Positions 37,191 to 46,374 are shown, numbered from the stretch's first letter. The stretch: DNA of 64,000 bases from Candidatus Bathyarchaeota archaeon (GCA_020341775.1 CP070835.1:1692089-1756088), one strand, 5' to 3'. The notes: generated from the sequence alone by a model not told the origin. Numbers and translations: made by a program.

Positions 37191-39158
37191 TCACTTAATA
37201 CGACCCAGCCTTCGTAGCAGATTTGCTGTGTCCGGATACCTGTCTAGGTTCTTGTGAGGGAAGAAGAGAGCATCTAGATATTCCTTCTGGAAGTCTTCGT
37301 CTGCAGCCAACTCGTGATATTTCACGGTTGTCGCTATCTTTTCAGCGTATTCCCTCTCTTCTTTTGATATTAGACACATTCTTGCGCCTGTGCCGGCGAT
37401 GTTGCCGACAAACTCAACTCTTTCTAATGGTAATTCAGGATACATGCCGATGGTCCTAGCGTTCTCGGGGTCGATGTAGTTGCCAAAGGCCCCTGCCATA
37501 AACAACTTGCTTATGTCGCTCTCCGTGACGGTTTCTTTTCTTTTCTCTCCCAGTCTCTTCATCAGGATCTCGGCGCCGGTTCGCATCGCGGCTTTCGCTT
37601 TTTGCAGTTCTCTTATATCGCCTTGGGTTATTGTGATGTCAGTGTCGGTAGCTGTTTCGGGTTGCGGTACCAACACAAATTCGGGAATTCCCTTTAGCCC
37701 CCTTCTTAGCCGGTCTGTCTCCTTGGCCATTTCGGAGACAAATTTGCCTGTCAGATCAATCAAACCTGCCTTGAGAAGCTCGGCTGGGACATCTACCAAG
37801 GCTGACCCACACAGACCAACAGGGGGCTTCTCTTCTATGGTTCGATAGTTGACCTCAAATGTTTCAGGGTCGATGCTTACTCTCTCGATGGCTCCGGTTG
37901 CAGCCCTCATTCCGTGTTTGATTTGCATGCCTTCAAATGCTGGTCCAGATGCGCATGAGTCAACCATGACTAGATCCTTGTTCCCTAGGTCGATCTCCGT
38001 GTTTGTTCCAATGTCAAGCGCCAGACAAATCTCATCAGAGTCCAACATTCTCGTGGCTAGTATGACCGCCACGTTGTCCGCCCCTACAAATCCCCCGATG
38101 ACTGGAGCATAATAGGCGTTCGCCCTTGGATGGGAGACTAACCCAATACTGCTAGCCCTGATATCAACTCCTCTCCGCAGCACCGGAGGGTAGGGCGCAA
38201 ACGCGACATACCGACCATAGATGCCGAGGAAGCAAAGCTGCATTGCTGTGTTGCCAACACAGCAGATCTCGTAGATCTCACTTGTTTTCACGTTGGACTT
38301 TTCGCAGCACTCCTCGATCATCTCGTTAATTCCGGACACTACAGCTGCCTGGAGTTCTTCGACGCCTTTTTGGCCCTCCAGCATCTGATGACTTATCCTC
38401 GACATCACTTCTTCGCCCAAAGGGATCTGGGGATTCATCCTAGCGGCAACAGCGACAACCTTCCCAGTGTTAAGGTCCATTAGGAAGCCTGCAAGCTTTG
38501 TGGTTCCCACATCGACGGCGAAGCCGAAGCATCTGTCAGATGTGTCTGAAGGCTCAATGTCAATGATCTTGTTCTTCCATTTAACTGCAGTAACTGTCCA
38601 ATCCGCATCTCTCAGTTTATTGGCAAGGTCTACAGCTACTTCGAAATTGAGGTCCAACTCTGTGGGGAGGTTGTACTTCGCATTTAACGCGTCTAGAAGT
38701 CTATCTTCGTCCGACCGGCTGTCGTGGAGGGTCGGCTCTGGCAGTTTTACAGGATACTTTCTGACAAATGGATTGAGTTGCTCTACCAGGACTTCGAGAC
38801 CTGCTGTCTGCAACCTTTGCTTTCCAATCCTGCTTCTCTCTGGAACATAAACTGAAACAGTAGTAGTTGGCATAGTTTGGCATGCAAGCCTATAACCTGC
38901 CTCTATCTCTTCCTCCGTGATGTGCTTCAGCTCCTGCTCTGTGAGGGAGTTCAGCCCTTTCATGCCTTTCTCGATTTTGACTTTGCATTTTCCGCAAGTA
39001 CCTTTGCCCCCACAAAGCGAAGATAGGTCGATACCCAACGCCTTAGCAGCGTCAAATATACATACACCTTTTTTGAACCACTCCCTCTTTCCGTATGGAA
39101 AAAATAAAATTTTTATGCGTCCGGACCTCTCGACTTCCTCTCTCAGAGTCAACGGCAT
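37191..39158 (-). CDS. reductive activator of corrinoid proteins (RACo/RamA-like; 2Fe-2S ferredoxin plus ASKHA ATPase)
   Basis: N-terminal plant-type ferredoxin cysteines CGGKGTCGKCKV...LACQT. ASKHA phosphate motifs DVGTTK and DIGTNTE. Length of 655 aa. Confidence 0.85.
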   Translation of the reverse strand: MPLTLREEVERSGRIKILFFPYGKREWFKKGVCIFDAAKALGIDLSSLCGGKGTCGKCKVKIEKGMKGLNSLTEQELKHITEEEIEAGYRLACQTMPTTTVSVYVPERSRIGKQRLQTAGLEVLVEQLNPFVRKYPVKLPEPTLHDSRSDEDRLLDALNAKYNLPTELDLNFEVAVDLANKLRDADWTVTAVKWKNKIIDIEPSDTSDRCFGFAVDVGTTKLAGFLMDLNTGKVVAVAARMNPQIPLGEEVMSRISHQMLEGQKGVEELQAAVVSGINEMIEECCEKSNVKTSEIYEICCVGNTAMQLCFLGIYGRYVAFAPYPPVLRRGVDIRASSIGLVSHPRANAYYAPVIGGFVGADNVAVILATRMLDSDEICLALDIGTNTEIDLGNKDLVMVDSCASGPAFEGMQIKHGMRAATGAIERVSIDPETFEVNYRTIEEKPPVGLCGSALVDVPAELLKAGLIDLTGKFVSEMAKETDRLRRGLKGIPEFVLVPQPETATDTDITITQGDIRELQKAKAAMRTGAEILMKRLGEKRKETVTESDISKLFMAGAFGNYIDPENARTIGMYPELPLERVEFVGNIAGTGARMCLISKEEREYAEKIATTVKYHELAADEDFQKEYLDALFFPHKNLDRYPDTANLLRRLGRIK

Positions 39159-39877
39159 TCACCAGCTTGACTTCCCCTTTTTTTTCGCTTCCTTTCCATG
39201 AGCTTTACTGCTTCCTTAATTTCTTCAACCAACGTCTTTACTTTGTCCACTGCTTCAACTGCGTCCTTGCCGTAAGCATCTGAGCCCAGTTTCGACCTCC
39301 ACTGCTCAGTGACTGTGCCGCCACCTATAATGGTCTTAACTTTTCCTTTCAGACCCTTTTTCGCCAACTTCTCCTCAACATCCTTAATTGACACGAGGGT
39401 TGGCGTCATCATGGTTGACATAGCTATAACCCCGATCTCTTCCTCAGAGGCTTTTTCAATGAACTCTGAGGCTGGCACGTCTACGCCCAAATCGACCACT
39501 TCGTATCCAGCTGCCGTGAGCATCGCTTTCACAATGTTCTTCCCTATGTCGTGGATGTCTCCCTCCACCACGCCAAGAACGATTTTTTCCTTTCTCTCAG
39601 CCCTCTCTGTCTTCAAGAGCGGAAGAAGGAGCTCCAACCCGGCGTACATAGCCTCAGCTGATAGGAGCATTTCGGGGAGGAAGTATTCTTTGTTCTCAAA
39701 TTTGTCACCGACCACCTCCATAGCCTTTGATAATCCTTCCTTGATTACTTTCATGGGGGCAATTCCTGCGTCTATGGCATCTTGAGCTGCCTTTGCGCAC
39801 TCTTCGGTCTCCCCTAAAATTACGGCTTGTCTAAGCCTCTCAAAGATTTCTTCTTTTCTGCTCATTTTTATCATCAT
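39149..39877 (-). CDS. corrinoid (cobalamin-binding) methyl-carrier protein 2
   Basis: GDIHDIGKNIV (DxHxxG), MSTMMTPTL, TIIGGGTVT. 3' end overlaps the RACo start by 10 nt. Confidence 0.85.
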   Translation of the reverse strand: MMIKMSRKEEIFERLRQAVILGETEECAKAAQDAIDAGIAPMKVIKEGLSKAMEVVGDKFENKEYFLPEMLLSAEAMYAGLELLLPLLKTERAERKEKIVLGVVEGDIHDIGKNIVKAMLTAAGYEVVDLGVDVPASEFIEKASEEEIGVIAMSTMMTPTLVSIKDVEEKLAKKGLKGKVKTIIGGGTVTEQWRSKLGSDAYGKDAVEAVDKVKTLVEEIKEAVKLMERKRKKRGSQAGECR

Positions 39878-39917
39878 TCCTTAATGGGGAAAGTCTTCAA
39901 TGAGGTATAGGAATTTG

Positions 39918-40991
39918 CTAATCCTCCTCTTTTTTCCATCGCGGCGGTGTTCCATACTCAATGGCGGCGTTCACGAACTCCCTTATGTGTTCTGTCGATG
40001 TTTCTATCCAATAGTCACACCCCGGAGAAACCATGTCTACACCGTCCGCGACAACCTTTTTGACCCTGCTCCTAATTGCATCTATTGATGAGTTGTGTAT
40101 GACGTTATATGGGTCAACGTTTCCGCCTATTACATAGCCAGCTCTATGTTCGTCGGCTATCTTCCTTGCCTCAGACATTGGCGTTCTTTCCTCTATTGTT
40201 ATAGCTTCAGCTCCACAGTCTATCATCGAAGTAATGACTTCAAGGCCTCTGCTTATTAGGCTCCCGCATATGTGAAGGACTCTAGGCGGCTTCACCATAC
40301 CAATTAACTCGGTGAGGTGAGGCTTAACAAACTGGTCAAAGTGTTTTGGTGAGATGTTGTCGAGAGAGGCTCCCTCCTCGGTGAAAACTATTACGTCGGC
40401 TCCTGCTTCCTTAAACGCATTTGCCACTGCAGCATAATATGGATTAAGCGTTTCATAGATACGATGAATTCTCTCAGGCTCTTTTATCATGTATTTGTGG
40501 AACTCAGCCGGATCGATCAAATAGCCCCCGACACTTGTCAACGGACAGGTAACAATGCCTGTTACTGGAACCTTCCCTCCATATTTCTTCTTCAATATTC
40601 TTATCGCCTCGATGCAGACTGGAATTCTCCCTCTCTTGGCAAATTCGCTGGGATCCTCTGGGATATCCATCTCGTAAATGTCGGTGGCAATGAATCTCTT
40701 AACCGATATCCACTTTATTTTCCCCTCGAAATACTCGCAAGGTGCGCCAAGAGCCTCTGCCTCCAAGGTCATGTCAAATGGCACAGACATGTTTTCGTTT
40801 CCGGTTAGCTCGTAAACACCCGCCGCCAATCTAGCCATTGTCTCCGGATCCTTATGGGCTTTCGGCCAATAAGCATCGAATATCTTCATGCCATCTAAAG
40901 TAAACGTTCGAGTGGAACACCAAACTGGAAGTCGGTCGGCATCTTCTTTCCTTCCCTCTAGGAAAGCCATCAATCTTTCGTGAGGATTCAT
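39918..40991 (-). CDS. UroD-family methylcobamide methyltransferase (MtaA/MtbA-like), paralogue 1
   Basis: MNPHERLMAFLEGRKEDADRLPVW...PFDMTLEAEALGA. Zn-ligand motif H-x-C (LHICGS) and distal PGCDYW. Confidence 0.85.
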   Translation of the reverse strand: MNPHERLMAFLEGRKEDADRLPVWCSTRTFTLDGMKIFDAYWPKAHKDPETMARLAAGVYELTGNENMSVPFDMTLEAEALGAPCEYFEGKIKWISVKRFIATDIYEMDIPEDPSEFAKRGRIPVCIEAIRILKKKYGGKVPVTGIVTCPLTSVGGYLIDPAEFHKYMIKEPERIHRIYETLNPYYAAVANAFKEAGADVIVFTEEGASLDNISPKHFDQFVKPHLTELIGMVKPPRVLHICGSLISRGLEVITSMIDCGAEAITIEERTPMSEARKIADEHRAGYVIGGNVDPYNVIHNSSIDAIRSRVKKVVADGVDMVSPGCDYWIETSTEHIREFVNAAIEYGTPPRWKKEED

Positions 40992-41078
40992 TTCTTCTCA
41001 ACTGTATCTGTTTCTGTAGTGCCCGGGCTCGCAAATGTCCGTTAAAGGTTTTAAGCCCATGAATCTTATATAAAGTCG

Positions 41079-41324
41079 GTGTCTGAAATGGGCATGCCCG
41101 TAAAAAAGAAGACGTATGACATTAAAAGTAGGATAGGCGATAGCTTAGAGGTTAGGGTTGAAAAGGTCGGCACGGGAGAGAAGGCGGACATCCTTTATAG
41201 AATAACTCGTGGCAAAGATAGACGAGTTGCTGCTCCGGACACGGTTGTACTCTTCAAGGCGGAGCTAGAGGAACTAAGCGGGCTTCTGAAGGAAGATTTT
41301 CTGAAGAGGGAGTTTCAGAATTAG
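41079..41324 (+). CDS. small hypothetical protein on the opposite strand inside the methyltransferase island
   Basis: 81 aa ORF with protein-like composition. The only plus-strand ORF that does not overlap a minus-strand gene in 35.4-45.4 kb. Confidence 0.4.
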   Translation: MSEMGMPVKKKTYDIKSRIGDSLEVRVEKVGTGEKADILYRITRGKDRRVAAPDTVVLFKAELEELSGLLKEDFLKREFQN

Positions 41325-41444
41325 GGCTAACGTCACAGTGCAGCGCTTTTGAAACATTATCGTAGGGCTAGAAACGTTTTTACCGTTACTAGGCTTGAGC
41401 AGAATCAGCCGTTGAAGAACTGCATTTTATGGTGTTAGAGTTCC

Positions 41445-42461
41445 CTATCTGACGCAAGCTTTTACAAGGGCTTCTATGTGCTTCGTAGGTGTTTCTATCC
41501 AGAAGTCGCATCCTGGAGCCACCACGCTGACTCCCTCCTCTATACACCCCTTCACAGCCTCGCTGATCCTTTCAACAGGACCCTGATGTATTACTCCATA
41601 AGAGGGAACGTTTCCAATTATCGGATATCCAGGCCTGATTCTGTCAACCTTTTCCCTCGCCTCCTTAATGGGAGTTCTCTCATCAACCGCTATGGCGCTT
41701 GCACCGCACTCAACCATCTTGTCCAAGATCATCGAAGCAGAACCACATATGTTTAGGATCGTGGGTGACTTTAAACGCCTGATAATCACCTGCAGACATG
41801 GCTTAACGAACTCGTCGAAATGCTTCGGAGAAATATTATCGTTAGAAGCACCCATACCATGCAAAGTGATGATGTCGGCCCCGGCATCTCTGTACAAATT
41901 CGCTATTTCAACATAGACATCAATAGTGTCTTTAAGAAACTGATGAGCCTTCTCTGGCATCTTCCTCAGCCACTTCAAGAATGTGATGCTGTCAACCAAG
42001 TAGCTACTGATACTTGTAAACGGTGGAACCATGTAAGCGTTCACCGGAACCTTACCTCCAAATTCCTCCTTCAATTTTCTGATCGCCTCGACAACGATGG
42101 GAACTCTTCCAGTCTTTGACACATCCTTTGGAAACTTGAGATCGGAAGGATCTTTCATAAGGAATTCCCTAACTGACGGCCACTTTATCCTGTCTTCATG
42201 AAAGTCGATCACAGCACCCAAAACCTCTGCCTCAACCGTCATGCAGAATGGAACCGATACGTTGTCGAGACCACACAATCTGTGAGCCGCTGAGCCAAGC
42301 TTGGCCATTTTCACGGGATCTTTATGGGCAGCCGGCCAAAAAGCGTCGTAAGCCTTCATAAACTCAATCGTACAAACGCTGGCAGAGTTCATGCAGGGGA
42401 ACCTATCAACATCCTCTTCTTTCCCGCTCAGGATGGACATCAACCTCTTGTATGGCGTCAC
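41445..42461 (-). CDS. UroD-family methyltransferase (MtaA/MtbA-like), paralogue 2
   Basis: Same fold signature (RFPCMNSA..., PFCMTVEAEVLGA, APGCDFW), but the H-x-C motif reads LNICGS (Asn in place of His). GTG start. Confidence 0.85.
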   Translation of the reverse strand: MTPYKRLMSILSGKEEDVDRFPCMNSASVCTIEFMKAYDAFWPAAHKDPVKMAKLGSAAHRLCGLDNVSVPFCMTVEAEVLGAVIDFHEDRIKWPSVREFLMKDPSDLKFPKDVSKTGRVPIVVEAIRKLKEEFGGKVPVNAYMVPPFTSISSYLVDSITFLKWLRKMPEKAHQFLKDTIDVYVEIANLYRDAGADIITLHGMGASNDNISPKHFDEFVKPCLQVIIRRLKSPTILNICGSASMILDKMVECGASAIAVDERTPIKEAREKVDRIRPGYPIIGNVPSYGVIHQGPVERISEAVKGCIEEGVSVVAPGCDFWIETPTKHIEALVKACVR

Positions 42462-42572
42462 TTTTCATCACACGTAATAATCCTGGCTATGTTTATGTGA
42501 CTTTCTCCAAACATGCATGTATGCAGGAGCTGTTCTATCACAGGGGACAAACGAAAGTTTGCTTCGCTTGGT

Positions 42573-43586
42573 CTACTCCTTAACGACCTGAACCATAGCC
42601 CTGATGTTATCGATCGGCGTTATTGGAGAGAAACCGCATCCCGGTTCAAGAAAGTCGACGCCAGACTCGAGGGCATTTCTCGCTTCTTTTTTCACGTCTT
42701 CGGCGGATCCGAAAACCAGAGTACTCTTAGAGGAGACGTTGCCCAAGATCTTGACATCGCCTACAAGTGGTCTTATTTTGGCAACGTCCACGACTTCATC
42801 GATGCTTATCCCATCAAAATCAGTTTCAACCATGTCAGGTGTTATCATCTCAGCTCTCCCACAGATGTGTAGCAGCCTCGGTCCACCTAGGCTCTCGGCG
42901 ATTTTGGTCAAAGCTGGCTTGACAAACTGCTTGAAGGCGGCAGGACTTATCAATTCGGGTGACGCTGTTGGGTCGCTGACTTGCACTATGTCCGAGCCCG
43001 CTCGGTATTGGGCTTTGGCGTATTCCACGATGACATCTGTGACCAAGGCAACGAATTCTTTCACATAGACAGGCTTTCTTACAGTCCAAATCAGAAGCTT
43101 CTCTACTCCCGCTAATTCGCCAGCTAGCGTGAAGGGTCCGAGCGCAAGGCTTGAAATCGGCAGTGAATCTCCCACCTCTTTTCTAATTATCCTGATGGCT
43201 TCCAACACAACAGGAATTCTGTCCATCTCAAGCAGATTCTCTGGCATCCTTAGGTCTTCGGGCTTTTCGAAGGGATGAGTCCGTACGGCAGGAACACTCT
43301 GAGGACTTGCCCCCCAGCGAATCTCGCATCCCAAAGCCTCGGGTTCTACCACAAAGTCAAATGGTACTCTGATGTTCTCGATTCCAGTCAACTCGTGACT
43401 GGCTATGGCAAGCCTCGCCATCTTCTCTGCGTCCTTATGGGCCTCGGGACAATGTGTATCAACAGCGTCTTGCACATCAACCGTTGCAGTTCCCCCACAG
43501 CCTGCAAGCGAGGTCACCGGAACCCTATCCACCGCCCCGCCGAATAAAGCGGTCAAAACCCTTCTTTTGCAGCTAAACTGCCTCAA
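42573..43586 (-). CDS. UroD-family methyltransferase (MtaA/MtbA-like), paralogue 3
   Basis: DRVPVTSLAG..., PFDFVVEPEALGC, LHICGR, EPGCGF. TTG start. Confidence 0.8.
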   Translation of the reverse strand: MRQFSCKRRVLTALFGGAVDRVPVTSLAGCGGTATVDVQDAVDTHCPEAHKDAEKMARLAIASHELTGIENIRVPFDFVVEPEALGCEIRWGASPQSVPAVRTHPFEKPEDLRMPENLLEMDRIPVVLEAIRIIRKEVGDSLPISSLALGPFTLAGELAGVEKLLIWTVRKPVYVKEFVALVTDVIVEYAKAQYRAGSDIVQVSDPTASPELISPAAFKQFVKPALTKIAESLGGPRLLHICGRAEMITPDMVETDFDGISIDEVVDVAKIRPLVGDVKILGNVSSKSTLVFGSAEDVKKEARNALESGVDFLEPGCGFSPITPIDNIRAMVQVVKE

Positions 43587-43729
43587 CCTCTTTACCCATT
43601 CTTTCTTTCTGTGTTGCCCACTTAAACCTAACTCGCAGAGGACTCAGTTCGATCCAGGTGCAAACAGTTCGAGCAACAAATTAATCGAGCCCAATTGATT
43701 TCTTCTACTTTGTTACGTCTCGACCCACA

Positions 43730-45214
43730 TTAGGATGCCGAAACTAAAGGCAAGGTCGATATTTTGTGTTGTTTCATTATGTCCCTCACAACATCTTCTA
43801 AATCATTTTCAATGTCATGCGGTAGTGGCTCAGGCTTGTGTTCTTTTAATGTTTTCTCTACGATCACCTTTGCCCTTTGAACAATATCCTTTGATCCGGC
43901 TGCCTTCCATGCTTTCCACTCTCGGCGATCAATGATTTCAGAGGGCATGAATTGCTCTTTCCGAAACCATTGCAGCGTGTGTTTTTCAGCTAAGTACATT
44001 CCACCTGGACCTACCTTCCTTAACAAGTCGGCAGCAAGGGTTTCGTCGTCAACTCTGACACCTTTCACCAGCCTTAGGGCCATGCCGCAAATCGTGTTGT
44101 CAATAACAAGCTTCTCTAAGCTTTGACAGCTCTCAAAGTTTAGCATGCCCGGCCCCGACATAACATTAATTCCGGCAAGTGCCCCAAGCACTATCCCAAT
44201 TCCGGATTCAAACCCGCATTGTGCGTCAACGACTTTTGTGTCGCTAAGTCCAAGGTACATGTGAGTCGGCAGCCCATAATATTTCCCAATTTGAGCGTAG
44301 GAGCAACCGAGCATAATGGTCTCTATGGCTCCGAGACGAGCTGTGGCGTATCTTTGGTCAAATGTCGTTGGTGAACCGCCATAGATGACTGGAGCTCCTG
44401 GGTTCGTTAACTGAGCCATCACGAGACCGCTAAGGAATTCAGCGTTATGCTGAACAAGAGACCCAGCCAGCGTTGCTGGCCCAGTAGCGCCTAGTTGGGG
44501 CATCGGGACAATTTCAGCGGGGATGCGAAACTTGGCGCAGTCAATTAGGTTTTGGGAAAGAAGTTCACTCCACTTCAACGGTGCTGATGGACATGTGTCA
44601 AAAACTGCCATGGGCTTTCTAGCCAACTCCTTTTCGCCTCCAACCACAGCCTCAAGCATCCGTTTCATATCATAAAGGCCATCAACGCTAAATGTACCCG
44701 TAACTATTGGTTTAGGAGAGTTCTTCAGAACAACAAATAGGCGGTATCGATCGACGATACCCACAGGGACATCCGAGACTACCAACGCCGTGCTTTGAGC
44801 CTGCACATATTCTAAAGCGTCGGTCAACCTGACGAGGTCAGCCAAATCTCTTGATAATGGGCGTCGAGTCTCATTTGTCTTGGAGTCGAGAATGAACAAC
44901 GCTGCTGAGCCTGGATTGTAAGTAACTTTATTCCTTTCGAGAACTCGGTCATGCTTTCCATCGCGACTGTAAAGCCTAATGGTCGAGGGCGCTTTGACTA
45001 GAGACTCCTTCACGAGATGTTGAGGAATACGAGCGAGTTTGTTGTTAGAGTCGACCTCAGCCCCCGCATCGGCAAGTAGTCTCAATGCTGTGTCATTGTA
45101 GATTTTGACACCAACATCTTCCAAAAGCTTCGTAGAGGCGAGGTGGATGGATTCGACCTCGTCTCTGGACAGCAGTTGGAGTCGTGGAACATTAGAGAAA
45201 GAGAATTTTGACAT
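43730..45214 (-). CDS. MttB-superfamily (trimethylamine methyltransferase-like) corrinoid methyltransferase, no pyrrolysine codon
   Basis: PRLQLLSRDEVESIHLASTKLLEDVGVKIYNDTALRLLADAGAEVD and later blocks fit the MttB family. About 494 aa from ATG 45214, which has GGGAG upstream. The reading frame has no internal TAG. The ORF-track start at 45436 adds 74 basic non-conserved residues and is rejected. Confidence 0.88.
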   Translation of the reverse strand: MSKFSFSNVPRLQLLSRDEVESIHLASTKLLEDVGVKIYNDTALRLLADAGAEVDSNNKLARIPQHLVKESLVKAPSTIRLYSRDGKHDRVLERNKVTYNPGSAALFILDSKTNETRRPLSRDLADLVRLTDALEYVQAQSTALVVSDVPVGIVDRYRLFVVLKNSPKPIVTGTFSVDGLYDMKRMLEAVVGGEKELARKPMAVFDTCPSAPLKWSELLSQNLIDCAKFRIPAEIVPMPQLGATGPATLAGSLVQHNAEFLSGLVMAQLTNPGAPVIYGGSPTTFDQRYATARLGAIETIMLGCSYAQIGKYYGLPTHMYLGLSDTKVVDAQCGFESGIGIVLGALAGINVMSGPGMLNFESCQSLEKLVIDNTICGMALRLVKGVRVDDETLAADLLRKVGPGGMYLAEKHTLQWFRKEQFMPSEIIDRREWKAWKAAGSKDIVQRAKVIVEKTLKEHKPEPLPHDIENDLEDVVRDIMKQHKISTLPLVSAS

Positions 45215-45435
45215 TGAACTCCCTCTTCTTTTAGCTTTTCCCGTATAGGATCCTAATAAACTTCTCCTGCAACTTTTTAAAACCTTTATGAATTCTTCAC
45301 CAACCATCCTTCTCTTTCGTTTAGAATCTGCTACTCCCCTCAGCCTTTTCCAATTCTTTTCCAGCCTTCCACCATAACGAAGTTTCCAATGCCCGCAAAC
45401 CCAAATAGTTCTGTGCGCGTTTTGCGCATCTAACA

Positions 45436-46224
45436 TCAGAGAAGGTCGATTTCGTCTTGTATTGCCTTCCGCACTTCTTCTTCTGAAGCCGGACCAGGCA
45501 GTTTGATCTTGCCATTGATCAGAGGTTCCGAGGTTCCGTATTTCTTAACGTTATTCAAGGTAGACTCGATCTCGACAAGCTTGACCTTGTCCCCAAAGCT
45601 TTGAGCGACGCTTCTAATAAGTTGATGCATATGAGCGCCGACAGGACAAAAGAAGTTATCGAATAGAGTCACTTCAACCGCATCCTTCGAAGGCGTATAG
45701 TTCAGCTGTAAAACTTTGACAGAGACATTTTCTTTCGCAAGTGGGAAATACATGACTTTATAGAACGGCGCGTGCTCCGCCACTATTCGGAATCCTTGTT
45801 TACGGAAAAGTCCATAATACATCCACTCTTTGAGGTCTGTTGCAGGGATCATTATGCCCTTCAATCCTCGTTCCTTCAGATCAACCTTCATGTAGTCAAA
45901 CATCATTCTGCCATAACCCTTATGCATGTACGCTCGTCGCATTTCAGTGCAATAGATGCAAGCCACTCTTGGCTCGACCTCGTATGGAATAAGCGCCTTC
46001 TCTGAATTTGCATAGTAGATGTGGCCGACGACTTTCTCGCCATCAAGTAGGTGATAACCTTCGACATGCTTGCCCAGGTTACTCTTCAACCACTTCCTCG
46101 ACACTGGTAGAGATTCGCTCCAAGAAGCATTGGATGGTACTTCCTTCATGCAGCAGTATGTCGCCTCCAAATCGCTCGGTGTCAACTTTATAACTTTCAC
46201 CCAGTTCACACTATTCAGATACAA
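45436..46224 (-). CDS. GNAT acetyltransferase fused to a thioredoxin-fold (Thioredoxin_3-like) C-terminal domain
   Basis: GNAT core MRRAYMHKGYGRMMFDYM. C-terminal VEVTLFDNFFCPVGAHMHQLIRSV...VKKYGTSEPLINGKIKLPGPASEEEV resembles small redox-inactive thioredoxin-like proteins with CxxC degraded to CPVG. Confidence 0.65.
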   Translation of the reverse strand: MYLNSVNWVKVIKLTPSDLEATYCCMKEVPSNASWSESLPVSRKWLKSNLGKHVEGYHLLDGEKVVGHIYYANSEKALIPYEVEPRVACIYCTEMRRAYMHKGYGRMMFDYMKVDLKERGLKGIMIPATDLKEWMYYGLFRKQGFRIVAEHAPFYKVMYFPLAKENVSVKVLQLNYTPSKDAVEVTLFDNFFCPVGAHMHQLIRSVAQSFGDKVKLVEIESTLNNVKKYGTSEPLINGKIKLPGPASEEEVRKAIQDEIDLL

Positions 46225-46322
46225 TACTCCGTGCTCTTATTATTAGTTCGCGATGTCAACCATACACTCAGCTGGGATTGCGCTGCAACGTGGACATTTC
46301 ATGATGTTGCCACTGTAGCACA

Positions 46323-46342
46323 AGCTTTTCATAGGAAAAGCT
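46323..46342. promoter_or_regulatory. 8-bp inverted repeat AGCTTTTC-atag-GAAAAGCT upstream of the desulfoferrodoxin gene
   Basis: Perfect inverted repeat ending 32 nt before the GTG start at 46375. Operator or 5'-UTR hairpin. Confidence 0.35.
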
Positions 46343-46374
46343 GTGTATTCAGATGAGTTTGAGGAGGTGAAAAG

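Noticed and set aside
37223-39201. Series of plus-strand ORFs (78-127 aa) antisense to the RACo gene
   Set aside because: Ser/Pro/Leu-rich antisense translation typical of shadow ORFs. The RACo frame has strong motifs throughout.
43730-45214. In-frame TAG (pyrrolysine) in the MttB homologue
   Set aside because: The reading frame is continuous with no internal stop, so there is no evidence for Pyl decoding here.
45215-45436. 74-aa N-terminal extension of the MttB-family ORF
   Set aside because: It is highly basic and unlike the family N-terminus. Family homology begins right after the Met at 45214, which has an RBS-like GGGAG upstream.
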